DNA of 61,338 bases, the filler included, from Rhizaria sp. SCN 62-66 (Eukaryota): the NCBI GenBank assembly GCA_001724265.1. It is 3 parts of 3 records of this genome, joined end to end, with 100 filler letters (N's around TTAATTAATTAA, not from the genome) between each part and the next. Parts side by side here need not be neighbours in the genome. Positions count along the whole stretch, not along the records: positions 20,664 to 41,085 come from MEDY01000457.1; 2 more parts are not named here. One strand, 5' to 3'. The position numbers were made by a program, and so were the translations under genes. This document shows, in pieces, positions 23,877 through 36,400 of this stretch; the stretch's first letter is position 1; every line of letters begins with the position of its first letter. The notes under the pieces are model-generated. The model was not told the DNA's origin. It ran no database searches and saw nothing but the letters and a program-made list of their open reading frames with translations.

Positions 23877-25166
23877 ATGGCTGACATCGACGCTGCAACG
23901 GCCGCTCACCCGCTGACGTTCCTGGCCGAGTGGTTCGACCGTGAGGCCGCGCTCGTGCGCACCTTCCGCCTCCGCTACTATCCGGCGGACCGTCAGTACG
24001 ACATGTTCGACCTCAAGACCAACCGCGTCTTCCTCTCTAAGACCTCGAGCCCGGTGTTTCTGCCCTCTGACTTCTACCCCGGCGCGCAGATCACTGTCTA
24101 CGCGCGCAAGCTCAAGATCGTCGACTACGGCGACGACTTCACGCGGTCCCAGCTCGCGCAGCGCCGCGAGACGTGCTTCCTCACGCTGGGCAGCCCGCAT
24201 GCGTCACACCTGGCCGAACTACTTACGGTTTTTGCTGAGGCCGGGCTCGTCGTCGCGGGCCTCAAGTCCTGCGTGCTGACCCAGGAGCAGTCGGTCATCG
24301 CCGGCCCCTACACCGCGATCCAGGTCATCGGCAACAACTCGTCCCAGATCCTTGCCGCCGTCGCCGCCAAGGCGCCGCAGTCCTCCGCGTGGGGCTCCGT
24401 GCGCGTTTTCTCTGACGCGGACGCCGCACAGCAAGTAGAGGCTCATTTCCCGCTTAAGACGGCGGCGCAGACGGCCCCGCAGACACAGTACCCGCGCGGG
24501 CTGCAGCGCGCCGTGCCGCCCAAGCCCGCCACCACGGCCGCCGGGCGTGACTGCACGCTCTGTCTCATCAAGCCGCACGCCGTCATCTCGGGCGCCGCGG
24601 GCCCTATCGTGCAGAAGCTCGCCGAGAGCGGGTTCGCCGTCACGGCCGCTGAGCTCTTCTCGCTGGACCGCCCCGCGGCCGCCGAGTTCCTCGAGGTGTA
24701 CAAGGGGGTCGTGCCCGAGTATGCCGGGCTTGTCGACCACCTCGCCGCCGGGCCTGTCATCGCACTCGAGCTTCAGGTACGCTTGCACAGCAGAGAACAC
24801 CTTGGCCTTCCTGCAACTAACTTTACCAGTCTCTCTGTCCATCCTACTCCATTTGGGGTGCAACGTACCTGTTAACTTTAATTTGTTTTTATTATTGCTA
24901 AAACTCACATATTTGTTCTATCTGCTTCTTTTCTGCCCCCCCTTTGTTCCCTATCGCTTTAGCTGCCGTCGGACCCCACGGCGGTGGTGCCGCGTCTGCG
25001 CGACATTTGCGGTCCCGCGGACCCCGAAGTCGCGCGCCGCCTGCGCCCCGCCTCGCTGCGCGCGCGTTTTGGCCAGGACAAGGTCATGAACGCGGTTCAC
25101 TGCACTGATCTCGCCGACGATGGCGTGCTTGAGAGCCAGTACTTCTTCTCGATCCTCCAGGAGTAA
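23877..25166 (+). CDS. NME7: Nucleoside diphosphate kinase 7 (DM10 plus two NDK domains; axonemal/centrosomal), ~367 aa
   Basis: Exons 23877-24776 and 24963-25166 (TAA). DM10 'FLAEWFD...FRLRYYPAD...MFDLKTNRVFLSK...YARKLKIVDYGDDFT'; NDK-B 'CTLCLIKPHAV...EFLEVYKGVVPEY...CGPADPEVARRLRPASLRARFGQDKVMNAVHCTDL'. Confidence 0.95.
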
Positions 25167-25720
25167 AGAAACACAACGCAACAACAAATCGGTAACCTAG
25201 CATAACTTTCGCGATTACAAACCTGACAAACAAAGAGGCTATATTTAATGTTCATGCGATGTTTTGGCGCTGTTGTTTTGAATGCAAAGATTGTCTGTCG
25301 TGGAGACTCACATCTTGTGCATTATTGATATCATCGTTTAAACAGTGGCATTGTTGCATTCGTTGTGTTTGCCATCGCTATTTGATATGGTCTTGTTTGT
25401 TTTGCTTTGTATTGTTTTGCTTTTATGTCATCACTCGTTATAGTATCTGGTTGTTTGTTTCTATCATCTCTAGTTTCATATCGTTTCTTTTCGTTTTCGT
25501 TTCACACATTTTACTGTTTGTTTCTGTTTTACATATCGCGTGGTTGTTCACACCCGTTCGCTTGCAATTGTTGTTTTACAAATTATACTTATAATCATTC
25601 ATGCAAGTAAATAGTCATACTAAACACCACCAAACCGCATACAAAGCCCCACTTCAATTCACATTTCCGCACTCGCATTTTTGTCACTCAGGTCACCCGA
25701 CTGCTCAGCTTGCAATCTGC

Positions 25721-28700
25721 TTACTGCTTGCTGCTACCACTGAGCACCGTGCGCGCCCGGCGGTCCGCCTCGCGCGCCCAGCGCTCGTGCTGCAGCCTGC
25801 GCGAAAGCAGCGCGGCGGGCGGCGCGACGGTGCCGTGCGTAGCGCGCCACCAGAGCACGGCGTCCTCGCCCGCGGGCACCAGCGTCGACGCCCAGAGCAG
25901 GCCTTCGTTCTCCTCAGAGCTCGCGGCGCCGGCGCCGGCAGTCGCAGAGGCAGTCGCGTCAGCCTCAGTTGTCTCGCTGCTGTCGTTGCTCTTGGTGCAG
26001 CCCACAGCAGCGGCGGCGGCAGCCTCGTGGCGAGGGTGCTCCACCTGCACCGACAACACGCGGCGCGTCGCCGGCGCCTCCGTCCCTACGGGCGGCAGCA
26101 CGTACGCGTCGAAGAAGGCGCACACCGCGCTCCGGGTCAGCGCACGCACGTGCGGGAGCAGGCGCTGCGGCGCGAAGTCGAAGTCTGCGCGCCCGGTGCT
26201 GATCTCATCCCATAGCGCGCCCGCCGCGGCGCCGGGCGTCTGGGCCGCGGCGACGGCGCCCGCGCCCTTGCCGCCCGCGACGGCGTCCTCGGCCATCGCG
26301 TTGGCGTGCTTGAGGAACGTCTCCTCGTCCATCGCGCCGAGCGTGTCGGCGCGGAACTCGCGGAGAAAGGCGTGGAGCCTGTGCTGCAGCACGGCCGCGC
26401 TGTGTGTCGAGGACTGAACGGCAACAGTGACGGCGGGCACGGCGGCGCCCAGCGCGGCGGGGGGCGCACCCGAGGATACACTGCCGACGGAGCCGCTGTG
26501 CGTGGTCGTGGGCGCGAGCGCGAGACCCGTGTGGACGATGTACGCCAGCGACTGCTTGGCGCGGAGCGAGTCGAAGCAGGGCTCGCGCATCACGCGGCCC
26601 ACAAACGCGGCCAGCGCGCTGACACGGAGCCACTTCTCCTCGAGCGGGGCACCGCTGACGTCGGCGAGCACGGAGGCGGGCGCGCCGGCAGGCAGGATCT
26701 GGAAGTAGACGCGCAGCGCGCTGTTAGCGTCGTTGGTGGGGTTGGTGGCGCGCAGCCGGAGCAGCGCGGCCTCGCCCGCGTCCATCACGGGACAGGGCGG
26801 GAAGGCCGGCAGCAGGCGCTCGAGGGCGTGCAGCGCGCGCGGGCGCGGCTCGGGCGCAGTGGAGGCGCGCGCACCGGTCGCCACAGAGGTACTCGCATCC
26901 CCAGGCTTCGAGCTCGCAGCGCTAGCGCCGCCCGCGCCAGGGAGAGGAGCAGGAGCGGACATGAGGTGAGGCAACACCACCTTGCCACTCTCCGCCTTAG
27001 CGCTGTCTGCACTAGCGCTCGCATTCGCACCCGCAGCAGCGGTGTCAGCAGTAGAGACGGAAGCAGAGCCGAGAGCGCGGGTGCCCAGCGCGCTGAAGGC
27101 GGGGATAACCAAGACGCCGGCCGCGGCCGCGGTGGCGGAGGCGGCGTCGGCGGCCGCGGCCGCGGCGGCGTCTGCGGCGGCGTGCGCGGCCGCAAAGTCG
27201 CATGCAACGGCGGCGGCGTACTCGCTGAACAGCGACGCACTACCCGCAGACGCAGCCTCAGCAGCAGCCGCGGCAGAGACGGCAGCAGCGCCAGCCTCGC
27301 CGTTACCGAGCTTGCTGACCGCGGCGACCCAGGGCGCCGCGAACGGGTCCCCAGCGCTGCCCCGGGGCGGCGGTGTGGGGCAGCACGGCAGCCTCGCAGC
27401 CACCGCGCGCGCAAGCTCGAGCGCGTCCGCGCGGGACACGTTGCCGCTCACGAGCATCTCCACGCGGCCGGGGCAGACGCCGCCCGCCACGCCGGTGGGA
27501 ACGGCGTCGGCACCGGCACCGACACTGGCGACGGCGTTGGCGCGCGCCGCGGGGGGCGCGAGCGCGGCGGCGAGCGCGGTGACGTCTGCGAGCGTGACGG
27601 CCTCTGCGGCGCGGAGCCTGGCCGCGCGCGAGAAGGTGTGGTTCTGCAGCAGCAGCGCGGCGCCCTGCGAGGCCTGGTCGAGCGGGGACGAGGCCGCAGC
27701 GAGGTTGCGGTACGAGCGCAGCACGCGCTCCTTCATCAGCGCGAACTTGTCCGCGCGCGGGCGGAAGGCCGCCACGGCGTCGAGCACCGTCAGCACGAGC
27801 TTGGCCAGCGTGTCCGAGTGCCCGGCACACGTCAGAGCGAGCGTGCTGGGGCCCGAGTCCGTGTCCAGGTCGTAGCTCAGCCCGGCGCACTGCGCGGGGT
27901 AGGTCGCCGCCGAGAGGTCCTCGGTGATGAGGGCGAGGAGCAGGTCCGCGCGGACCAGCGAGTCGACGTCACCCGCGGGGAGCAGCGTCGGCAGCGTCGC
28001 GCGCACGCGGACGAAGGTCTTGGGCACGGCGAAGACGCGGTCGGCGCGGTGCCAGAGCGTCACACCCGCCAGCGCCGAGTCAAGCAGCAGGCGCGGCGGC
28101 ACGGGGTCACTGCGCAGCGAGACCGGCAGCGCAGCAGGGGCGTCGCCGGCGGCGCTAGTATGGGTCGAGGCGGGGGCGTCGGGGGGCGGGAGCAGAGGCC
28201 CGGCCTCGGCGCCGCGCTTCTGCCGCCATGAGAGCACCTCCGCAAGCGAGCGCAGGGGCGGCAGCGCGGCAGTAAAGCCATTGAGCTTCGCGCCGTCCTG
28301 CTGCTCAGCTGCAACGCCGGCGCTGCTGCTGCTGCTGCAGTTGCTGTTCGGCTGAGGAGAGACGGGTGCGCCGCAGCTGCAGCCGCTGCGAGCCCACTCA
28401 GGGCCACTGGCGGCGCCCTTGGCACTGGCGGCGGCGCACACGCATTGCCACTGCGGCTCCAGCTCGGGGGTCACGATGGTGAAGTCACTGGGCAAGAACG
28501 GGTTCGGCGGCGGCAGTGCCAGGTGTCCGTAGTCGATCACCTTCTCGCCGCTCCCACCGCTGGCGTCACCGCTGCCGGCAGCGAGCGCGCGCGTGGCCTC
28601 GGCGATAAACCAGGCGGGGACGAGGTCGCGGCGGTACTGCGTGCCGTAGTGGCACTCGCGCAGGTTCATCCCCACTGCGCCGCCATCGTCGTCGGCGATC

Positions 28701-31062
28701 TTTGCAGGCTGCGCTGAGTCGTTCGAAGTGTCATCAGCAGTTTCGCCGCTGGCCTTCTTCGCGCCGCCGAGCACCTGCGCCGCGACGTCGACACGCACGC
28801 GCTGGGGCGTAAGGCATCGGAGCAGCAGGCGCGCGTGTGCGGGCTCGAACATGTCATAGACGTAGCCGCGCGCGGTCGCGTAGCGCATGTCGGCACACTT
28901 GACCGCCCTCGCCACCTCGGCGTCGCCCGCGGTCCCGGTCCCAACGCCCGCAATGCCCGTGGCGTCGTGCCTGCTGCGGATGGCGGCGGCCTCGGCGTCC
29001 GAGGGCGCGTCGTAACAGTACTGCAGCGCGGTGGCCAGACTCGAGGCGTAGTCCTCGGCGCCGGGCTTAGGCAGGAAGCGGAAGCGGACCGCGCGCGTGA
29101 GCGCGTACTCGGCCTGCAGGCGCAGCAGCTCGGCATCGCTGGCCGCCGCCAGCACGCCGCAGTAGCGGAACACGTGCGCCGCGACCTCCCACAGCCGCGC
29201 CAGGCCCTGCTCTGTGAGCGTAACGTCGACGCTGAGGGTGGAGAAGTCGCGCTGCAGCGCCTGGCCCGCGCCGCAGCTGAGCCCCGTGGCAAGCCCCTTG
29301 CGCTTGAGCTCATCCAGCACGGACCCGGGTCCCTCGTCGCCGATTAGGTGCGCCAGCAGCGACCCCGCGCCCGACCGCGGGCCAGGCCACGCGCCCTCGG
29401 GCGGGATGACCCACGTTAGCGTCAGCTCGCGCTTGTCGCGGACCGGCACCCACGTGTAGACGGCACCCTCGCAGCCGGGGAACGCGCGAATCAGGCGGGT
29501 CGGCACCACGCCCACGCGTTCCTCCTCCTCCACGGGAGGGGCCGCGCTAGAAACAGCACTTGCATTAGTATTAGCTTCAGAAGCAGCAGGCGGGGCGTCC
29601 TCGCCGGGCTTGCCGATGCCCCGGAGGACCCTGGCCGCTGCCGCGGGGTCACGCGTGGCGACCGAGGGCCGCCACTCGGAGCGCAGGTCGGTGGCGTTGC
29701 AGCCGGAGACGGGAGCCACCGCGCAGGCCGCCGCGGGGCGCGAGGCGCGCACGAGCGCGGCCGCGGCGTCAGCGCCGTTCACCACAGCCGCCGCGCCGCC
29801 CGCACTGGCGTCCACAGCAGAGCTGGAGCCGTCGTCATTGGGGCCCGAGCCAGCGGCAGCGTCGGCGTCAGCGTCAGCGTCAGCGTCGGCGTCGGCGTCG
29901 GGGTACAATGCGGCGACGTCCATGGTGGGCACGGCCTGCGCGAGCCTGGCCAGCGCGAGCTGTTGCGCCCGCGAGGCGCGCCGCCAGGGGTTGTTCAGCA
30001 GCGGGTGCGACCCGTACCGCTCCGGCACGGTAGACGCCACTGCTGAGTCAACAGGCGCAGAGAGCGACTGTGGAGACCGGAGGGACTGTGAGGACTGCGC
30101 GCGCACCTCGGCGAAGTCCTCCTCGACCCACTTGCGGAGCGTGGCCACGTCCTCGCAGCCAACGACGACGACGGCGAGGTTGGGCCCGGTGTAGTAGCGC
30201 TCGAACAGCGCCTGCACGGCGGCGCGCGCGCGCGGCAAGTCGTGCAGCGTGTGGCCGTTGCCGGAGCCGAACTGCGCGTAGGGGTGAAGCGGGTTCGACG
30301 TGGCCTTGGTCAGGTGGTAGATGCGCCGGCCGTCCGAGGGCAGGTTTTTCGTCCATTCGTTGTGCACCGCGTGCGCCTCGCGCGACATCGTCGACTGTGC
30401 GATCGGGAAACAGAAAAGCAATGCGAGTAATCAGTGAGGAATATTGAGAAGAATATGAAATCACGTGACAACATTGTTTACGCCATAATTACGCTTTAAG
30501 CAGTTGTAAGTTGAAATGATAGAAACTTGCCAGTTCACTCAAATATGGAGTATTCCGCGCGTACCTCGAGGAAGAGCGGCTTGATGAAAAAACGCGAGAG
30601 CCTCTGGAGCGCGGGCCGGAGCTGTCCGGGCGTGACGCGGCAGTGGTAGTTGGTGTGCTGGCCCGAGGTGAAGGCGTTGGAGCCGCCGCCGTTCTGCGCC
30701 AGAAACGTCGCGAAGTCGTTCTCGACAGGGAACTTGTCGGAACCCATGAAGGCGAGGTGCTCGGCAAAGTGCGCGACGCCCGAGACGTCGCCGTCGCTCT
30801 GGTGACCGACGAAGACGTCGACGGCGCAGGCCGCCTTGGCTGCCGTCGGGTCAGACACCACGCACGCGCGCAGCCCGTTGGCGAGCAGAAACACGGCGTG
30901 CGCGCGGTCGTCGTTCGGCGATAGCACGGGCGACACTGCCGCGCCCGACGCGCGGAGCGCGCGGGGCGTGCATTCGGACTCGGACAGGCCGTCAGCGGCA
31001 ACGGGCGCAGCCGCGGCGTGCGGGTCAGCGTTAACAGGGGCGCTGGCGGCTTGGGAGCTCAT
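25721..31062 (-). CDS. Insulysin-like M16A metallopeptidase (IDE/Ste23 family), ~1723 aa from the ATG at 31062; possible N-terminal extension from 31479
   Basis: Exons 31062-30565 and 30394-25721 (TAA). LANGLRACVVSDP, inverted zinc motif HFAEH followed by LAFMGSDKFP, GGGSNAFT, third ligand in REAHAVHNE, HLIGDEGPGS, LPPPNPFLPSDF, EPCFDSLRAKQSLAYIV. Confidence 0.93.
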
Positions 31063-31819
31063 GGTGCGAGTGTTGGGGGCGGCAGCGACGCGGGTGTTGG
31101 CGCTGTAGCTGCTGTTAAGGGATGCAGAGGCAGTATAGTGACGAGAAGCGATGGCAACGCGGTTGACGCTTTCGGTTGCTGTTTTCGGGGATCCAGCGCT
31201 ATAAATGTATACATATCAGCGTCGTAATCATGCGATGGGATTATGTTCGAGAAGGTGAGCGATATCGTGTGTCTTAGGGTGCCAGTGGATACGAGGTCAG
31301 CGAATCTGCTTCAACATGAAAGCGAGACTCAAAAGTGGAACAGATGCAGAGATATAACGGAGAGATATAGCGGACCTAGCAAGAGTGCTGAATACGCGAG
31401 GGGTAGTGAGAGGAGCGTAGTGTGCACGGACAGCGACGGAACGGACCGCTCGGAGAGCTCTTGCTGCGCGGTGTAACACTGCAGAGGGGGTCAGCGAGTG
31501 AATGATGAGGGTGAGCCCGGGATGAGGATGCGACAGTTGGCGCAGATAGCGAACGACTATGGAAGTATTATTACCATACCTTTAATTTTTCGTTCAAAGG
31601 ATTACAAGGACGAGCTCGTAATACCTTTGGACGGACTCTAGAGTGGTATCAAAAGACTTTGATTTGGACATCAACCGGTGATGACTAGCTGCCGCACGCA
31701 ATAATTTTCGTGGCTAAGGTTATTTACGTCAATATGTACGACAAAACCGATGAGATTTCTGATAACGCCACCTTGTCTACATTAAAGCACAATTCTATCT
31801 TGGAAAATGATGCTGACAT

Positions 31820-32260
31820 TTGTATACGGGCTGGGTAATCTACTCCGATATCGAGATTATCTCAAGCTCCGCTGGTCATCGACCACCAATTCTCCCGCAG
31901 TGCGCTCGCCACTTTGACGCGCGATGCCGATGCAGTTGGCTCCGCCACCATCGTATTCCCGAAGGCTGTGGCCGAGACCTGCAGGAAGATCATGCCGGTC
32001 CGCAGCAAGGCGGCCAAGGCGGCCGTCGCTGCCGACATCGCGAAGGCGGCTCATGCCACACCATCGCCGCGAAGCAGGCGGCCATGAGGGTGAAGAGTAA
32101 CATCAAAGCAAGCATCAACCCTACCTCAGCGACCACTCCCGCCGCCGCTACCTCGATCACGACCTCAACTACGGCCTCGGCCTCCTCCGCACACACTGCG
32201 GTCGCCACCGACTCGCCGCAGCCACTACGGCCGACAAGGCTGAGCCCAAAAGTGTACTAG
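31820..32260 (+). pseudogene. Isolated GC-rich, frameshifted coding-like fragment of unknown origin
   Basis: Coding-type codon usage switches frame around 32050 (…PKAVAETCRKIMPVRSKAAKAAVAADIAKAAH to HTIAAKQAAMRVKSNIK…). No convincing start codon or splice structure. Confidence 0.35.
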
Positions 32261-32894
32261 TATGTTTTTGCGCGTTTAGACTTAAAAACTTAATATTTTG
32301 CAGGTTTGTAGATATACCCAGTTTCAATAATAGCTGACCAACCAATTCTTTAATAGAAAAAAACTCTCTTGCTTAATCCCAGTGGAGTCAATTTTGGATC
32401 ACCCGTTCAAAATTGTCCAAAGAATGGTAGGCTTGGTGCTGTTGCGTACACAAGCAATCATGATGTGCGTCAAGAACACTGTTCTGATTGTTTCCAAGTT
32501 TTGCTTCTTCATGTATCAAACTCCTTCGACATCTTTCATATTCTTGTCGTTACCTGTGACGCACGACATTTTACATAAAAGCATGTGAGACGGTGACTAA
32601 GACGGCCAACGGTTTATTCCCCTCGCTGTGATCAAAGGTGGTGTTTCTGTGTTCGAAAGTCGTGTTTCTTGTGTAAATAATAAGCATTTTAAATACATAC
32701 AATTCGAATCATAAGCTTTAAACACAGAAATCACACACTTTAAAGACAGAATCCTTCCGTGTGTGTTCACATAAAACACCACCCTTGTATCCGGAGCTTG
32801 GTAGGTCGTTGGGTGCCGTTTCTATGTGGTTTTTGTTCCTGTGAGAGAGTCCCTTTCTGTAGAATTTCGCGCGTAACATTAGGTTGCTAAACAT

Positions 32895-33156
32895 TGATTT
32901 GTGGTCGAATAGACTTTGTAAAAACTTTGGAAAAATGATTTGTGGTCGGATCCATACCGTCCCATGCTCATCCATGCCTGACCATACCTGGCCATGCCTG
33001 CTGAATCGCGGGCAAACGCGCACAGATAAAGAATTGTTTCTACGTGTATAGCATTGTCGATTGAATAAACCTAGAATTGAAGGAATCAGGGAGAAACAAC
33101 GACGAGGAGTATCTCAAATCATCCATGCAAATTCATGCTCATCCATGCCTGACCAT
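32895..33156. repeat. Cluster of short direct repeats, possibly part of a non-autonomous transposon
   Basis: TGATTTGTGGTCG at 32895 and 32936; CATGCTCATCCATGCCTGACCAT at 32963-32985 and 33134-33156; several CCATGCCTG-like units. Confidence 0.6.
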
Positions 33157-33449
33157 GCCATGCCCCTGACCATGCCCATAATCCAGGAAAAGGCTTAACT
33201 TTCCGTCCTGCCCGAGAATGCCGCAGATCTGGGCCTCGCATTAACGGGGTTTTTTTAGGGTATCATTTGATTGCACTAGCATTCTTATTGTCAGTTTTTG
33301 TGCTCGATGAGTAACCACTTTGCTGCGAAACACTATCACAACACCACCGCCTCTGACGGACATGTCCGACGCTCTGTCCCTTGATACGTATCATGTAAAT
33401 GACCCTGATCATGAATTCTGGATTTTTGCTTGATTAACTTTGGCGTAGC

Positions 33450-36400
33450 ATGGCGACCAAGGTGTCATCCTGCTTGGGTTGCGGCGGCAATATATACTTC
33501 TCCCCTGGAGCTAAGCCTCGGCGTCTCTGTGCATCGTGCCTGAAGGTACGACACTCCTCCCCTCAATGATGCGATTATCTTAGTGCGATTATTTTCTTGG
33601 ATTTGTTTCTCCTCGCACCAGCTTCAGGCTGTGCTCATTGTCACTCATATCATTCCCAAACTGACGAACTGTCTTTGAAAGCTACGTTAAAAAACTCGCA
33701 TATTCGATTTCTGTTTGATGTTCAATCGTACTTGTATTCTCCACCCCCCAGGAAGAGATCGCCAAGGCGGACGCCGACGAGCTGTCGTCTCAGTCACCTG
33801 TTTCTAGCAACGATCCCAACGTACGCTTGCAGCACTGACAGTTATTTAAAGACTTCTCGAATCAATAATTCCACTTCAGCTGTCCAATATATCATACTGT
33901 AATCATCTAACAATCCAGTCATCTGTAGCTTGCATGCACACGTTACGCACCTGAAGCAACACCAATCTAAAAATGTACAAAATCTACATGTTGTACTTGT
34001 ATTTTCTTCCTTTCTTTTTGCACAATTGCTGTTCTTGCACAGTACTGCCACAAACACTAGTCGGCGGGTCCAATTGAGATAATCAACTGGTGCAACCCGT
34101 GTAACGCCCCTGCGTGCCATCAGTGTCTCGCGCTGGACGACGTTCACGCAGGACATGAACGCCGCGAGCTCAGCGCTGTGCGTACTTAGCTGTTGAATGC
34201 CTCAAAGGCTTTACCCCTGATGCTTACTAGTTTCGAAAACAAGGTCAAGGTTCGTCACAGTATTTACGTTGCAAAAGCATTCATCGTAATACGTGTATAC
34301 ATTTTTTGTACATGTATTAATATAGTACTGTAAAATAATATTTTGCGTTATGTTGTGTGCGACCAACATATTGGGCAGATATCTAACATTTTGATGTGTC
34401 CTTTTATGCATATATCTATATCTTCATCTAAATTTGTTCACACTCCACACAGAATCAAGAGAAGGTGATGGAGACATTCAGGGACAAGGTCGACTCTGAT
34501 CACACAGCGCTGATTGAGCATAGCTCAACTTACGCAGCCCAGGCTGCTGCACCCCTTGCTGCTGTGCTTTCACAGCTAAAGCTCTACGTCAAACAGTCAA
34601 AGAGTGCTGAAGACGCAAGTCTTGAAATCTCGCGCATTAATCTCGCCGAGTTCACTAAGGCTGCTGCTGCACCCCACATCTCAGCTCTGGCCGCTCTTGT
34701 CACCCAGAGCCCCGGCTGGCCGAGGCGAATTGATCCACCGCTTGTCGTCGGAAGCATCAAATACGCTGCCGCATGCAAAGCCTTTGAGGACGCGCTTGCC
34801 TACGCCGCTGTTGCATCCCATCCGCGCAAGGCAGTCTGCGAGGCTGACGTGCCACTCTCAAAGCTCGTGCGCAACGCTGATGCATTCGAGCTTGGCACAG
34901 CCGATCTGTGCGGTGTGCGTTTTTCTTTTCGGGCACGCCGCGGCTGTAACTGCGTCGCGAGTCCACTGATAACATCTTCCAGAAATGTTGAAGGCAACAA
35001 TACACGTGACCCATGCGGGTGTGGCATTGTGTGCGAGGCTACGGCATCTCCTGTCTGGGAGGCTTTAAGTGCACTTTACGACGCATTTGGTAAGCACGCG
35101 CGGGCAGTTGACAACTTGATTTCGACTGAGGACTTCATCGACGAAAAAGACGACGATGATAATAAACACTCTGATGGCGGTGTTAGTTGCGTCGACGGCA
35201 GCAACACTGATACATCAAAGGCGAGTACAGACAACAAGAGTGGGAACAAGAACATGAGTGGCAAAAAGAAGAACCGTAACAGTGCTGCAAACACGCCGAT
35301 TGTGAAAAGTGAGTTAGCGCCAATCGACTTGTCGAAGAGAAGCTCGCAGCGCAGCTTTGTGACTGTCGAAAGTACGTTTGGCCGTGTCGACGTCACATTC
35401 TCTGTGCGCACGGCGACGTCTGAGACCTCAGACAAAAGCAACGAGTCCAGCGAAACAGGCGCACTGTGGCTCACCGCAGACAAGAACAATAACGTAAACA
35501 AGGATAAAAGCGAGGACGCGAGTGATGCGTGCAAAAGCAAGCAATGGTATGATGTTCACAATCATGTAACGCGCGAAGACAAACAGACAGTAAAGGTGAC
35601 ACTAAGTTTGCCGCATGCAGTAGTCAGAAAGAAGACTAACAACAATGGCAACTACAGCAACGCCAACACCCATACTCCGAATGCAGTACACGTTCGGTGT
35701 ACAGTGTCGTTCCCGGACGTTGTGCAGCAGGCGCATGCGCTGCAACTGTGTGTCGATGCAATCGCCGCCGAGGAGGCCACCGTCAAAGAGCGGCTTGAGG
35801 CTGCCGAGGCCGCAAGTGCAGAGCGTGTACAGGCTGCTGAAGCAGCAGGCGAAGCCGCTGAGCGCGAACGCGAGCAGGCCCGCGCTGCAAAGATTGCGTC
35901 AGAGGACGCTGAGGCGGAGGAGGCAAAGCGCAAGCGGGAAGCCGCGTTGGCAGTACACGACGCTGAGATGGTACGCGAGTGGCGCAAGGACCTGCAACGC
36001 AAAAAAGGGGAAGAGGCCGATTTACGAAAGTTTACTCAAGGGATCGAGTGGGAAGCCGCTTTTAACGCGCATATTGCGTGCTGTCTGGAAGAAGAAGGGT
36101 ATCCACGCCTGGTTTCATATAACGCACAAACTGGTTATTATGACTCTGCGGTAGCCCCTGCGCGGATTAACGGTGCACCAACGGAGGCCGTATTATCGCT
36201 GCTGCAGTCCAAGGCGCGCGCGCGGATTCAGGATCATATCCTAACAGAGATCGGAGCCGAGCACGCTAACTCGGATGTTATGCTGACGTCGTCGTTGTAT
36301 AACTCCAATGACGGGGAACATAACACATACTATACAAGGATCCGGCTTAATGATGACAGCTATCCTAGCCACGCCGCGTACTTTCGCGCCGCTTGTCAGG

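Noticed and set aside
26306-28231. Long antisense and alternate-frame ORFs (e.g. 641 aa here, 484 aa at 41331-42785)
   Set aside because: Shadow ORFs caused by very high GC; Arg/Gly-rich with no recognisable motifs, opposite well-supported genes.
32230-32261. Helitron 3' end (CTAG|T)
   Set aside because: The subterminal hairpin is only 3-4 bp, with no 5' TC end or RepHel motif.
32895-33156. CRISPR-like array
   Set aside because: Only two copies of each repeat, irregular spacing, eukaryotic context and no cas genes.
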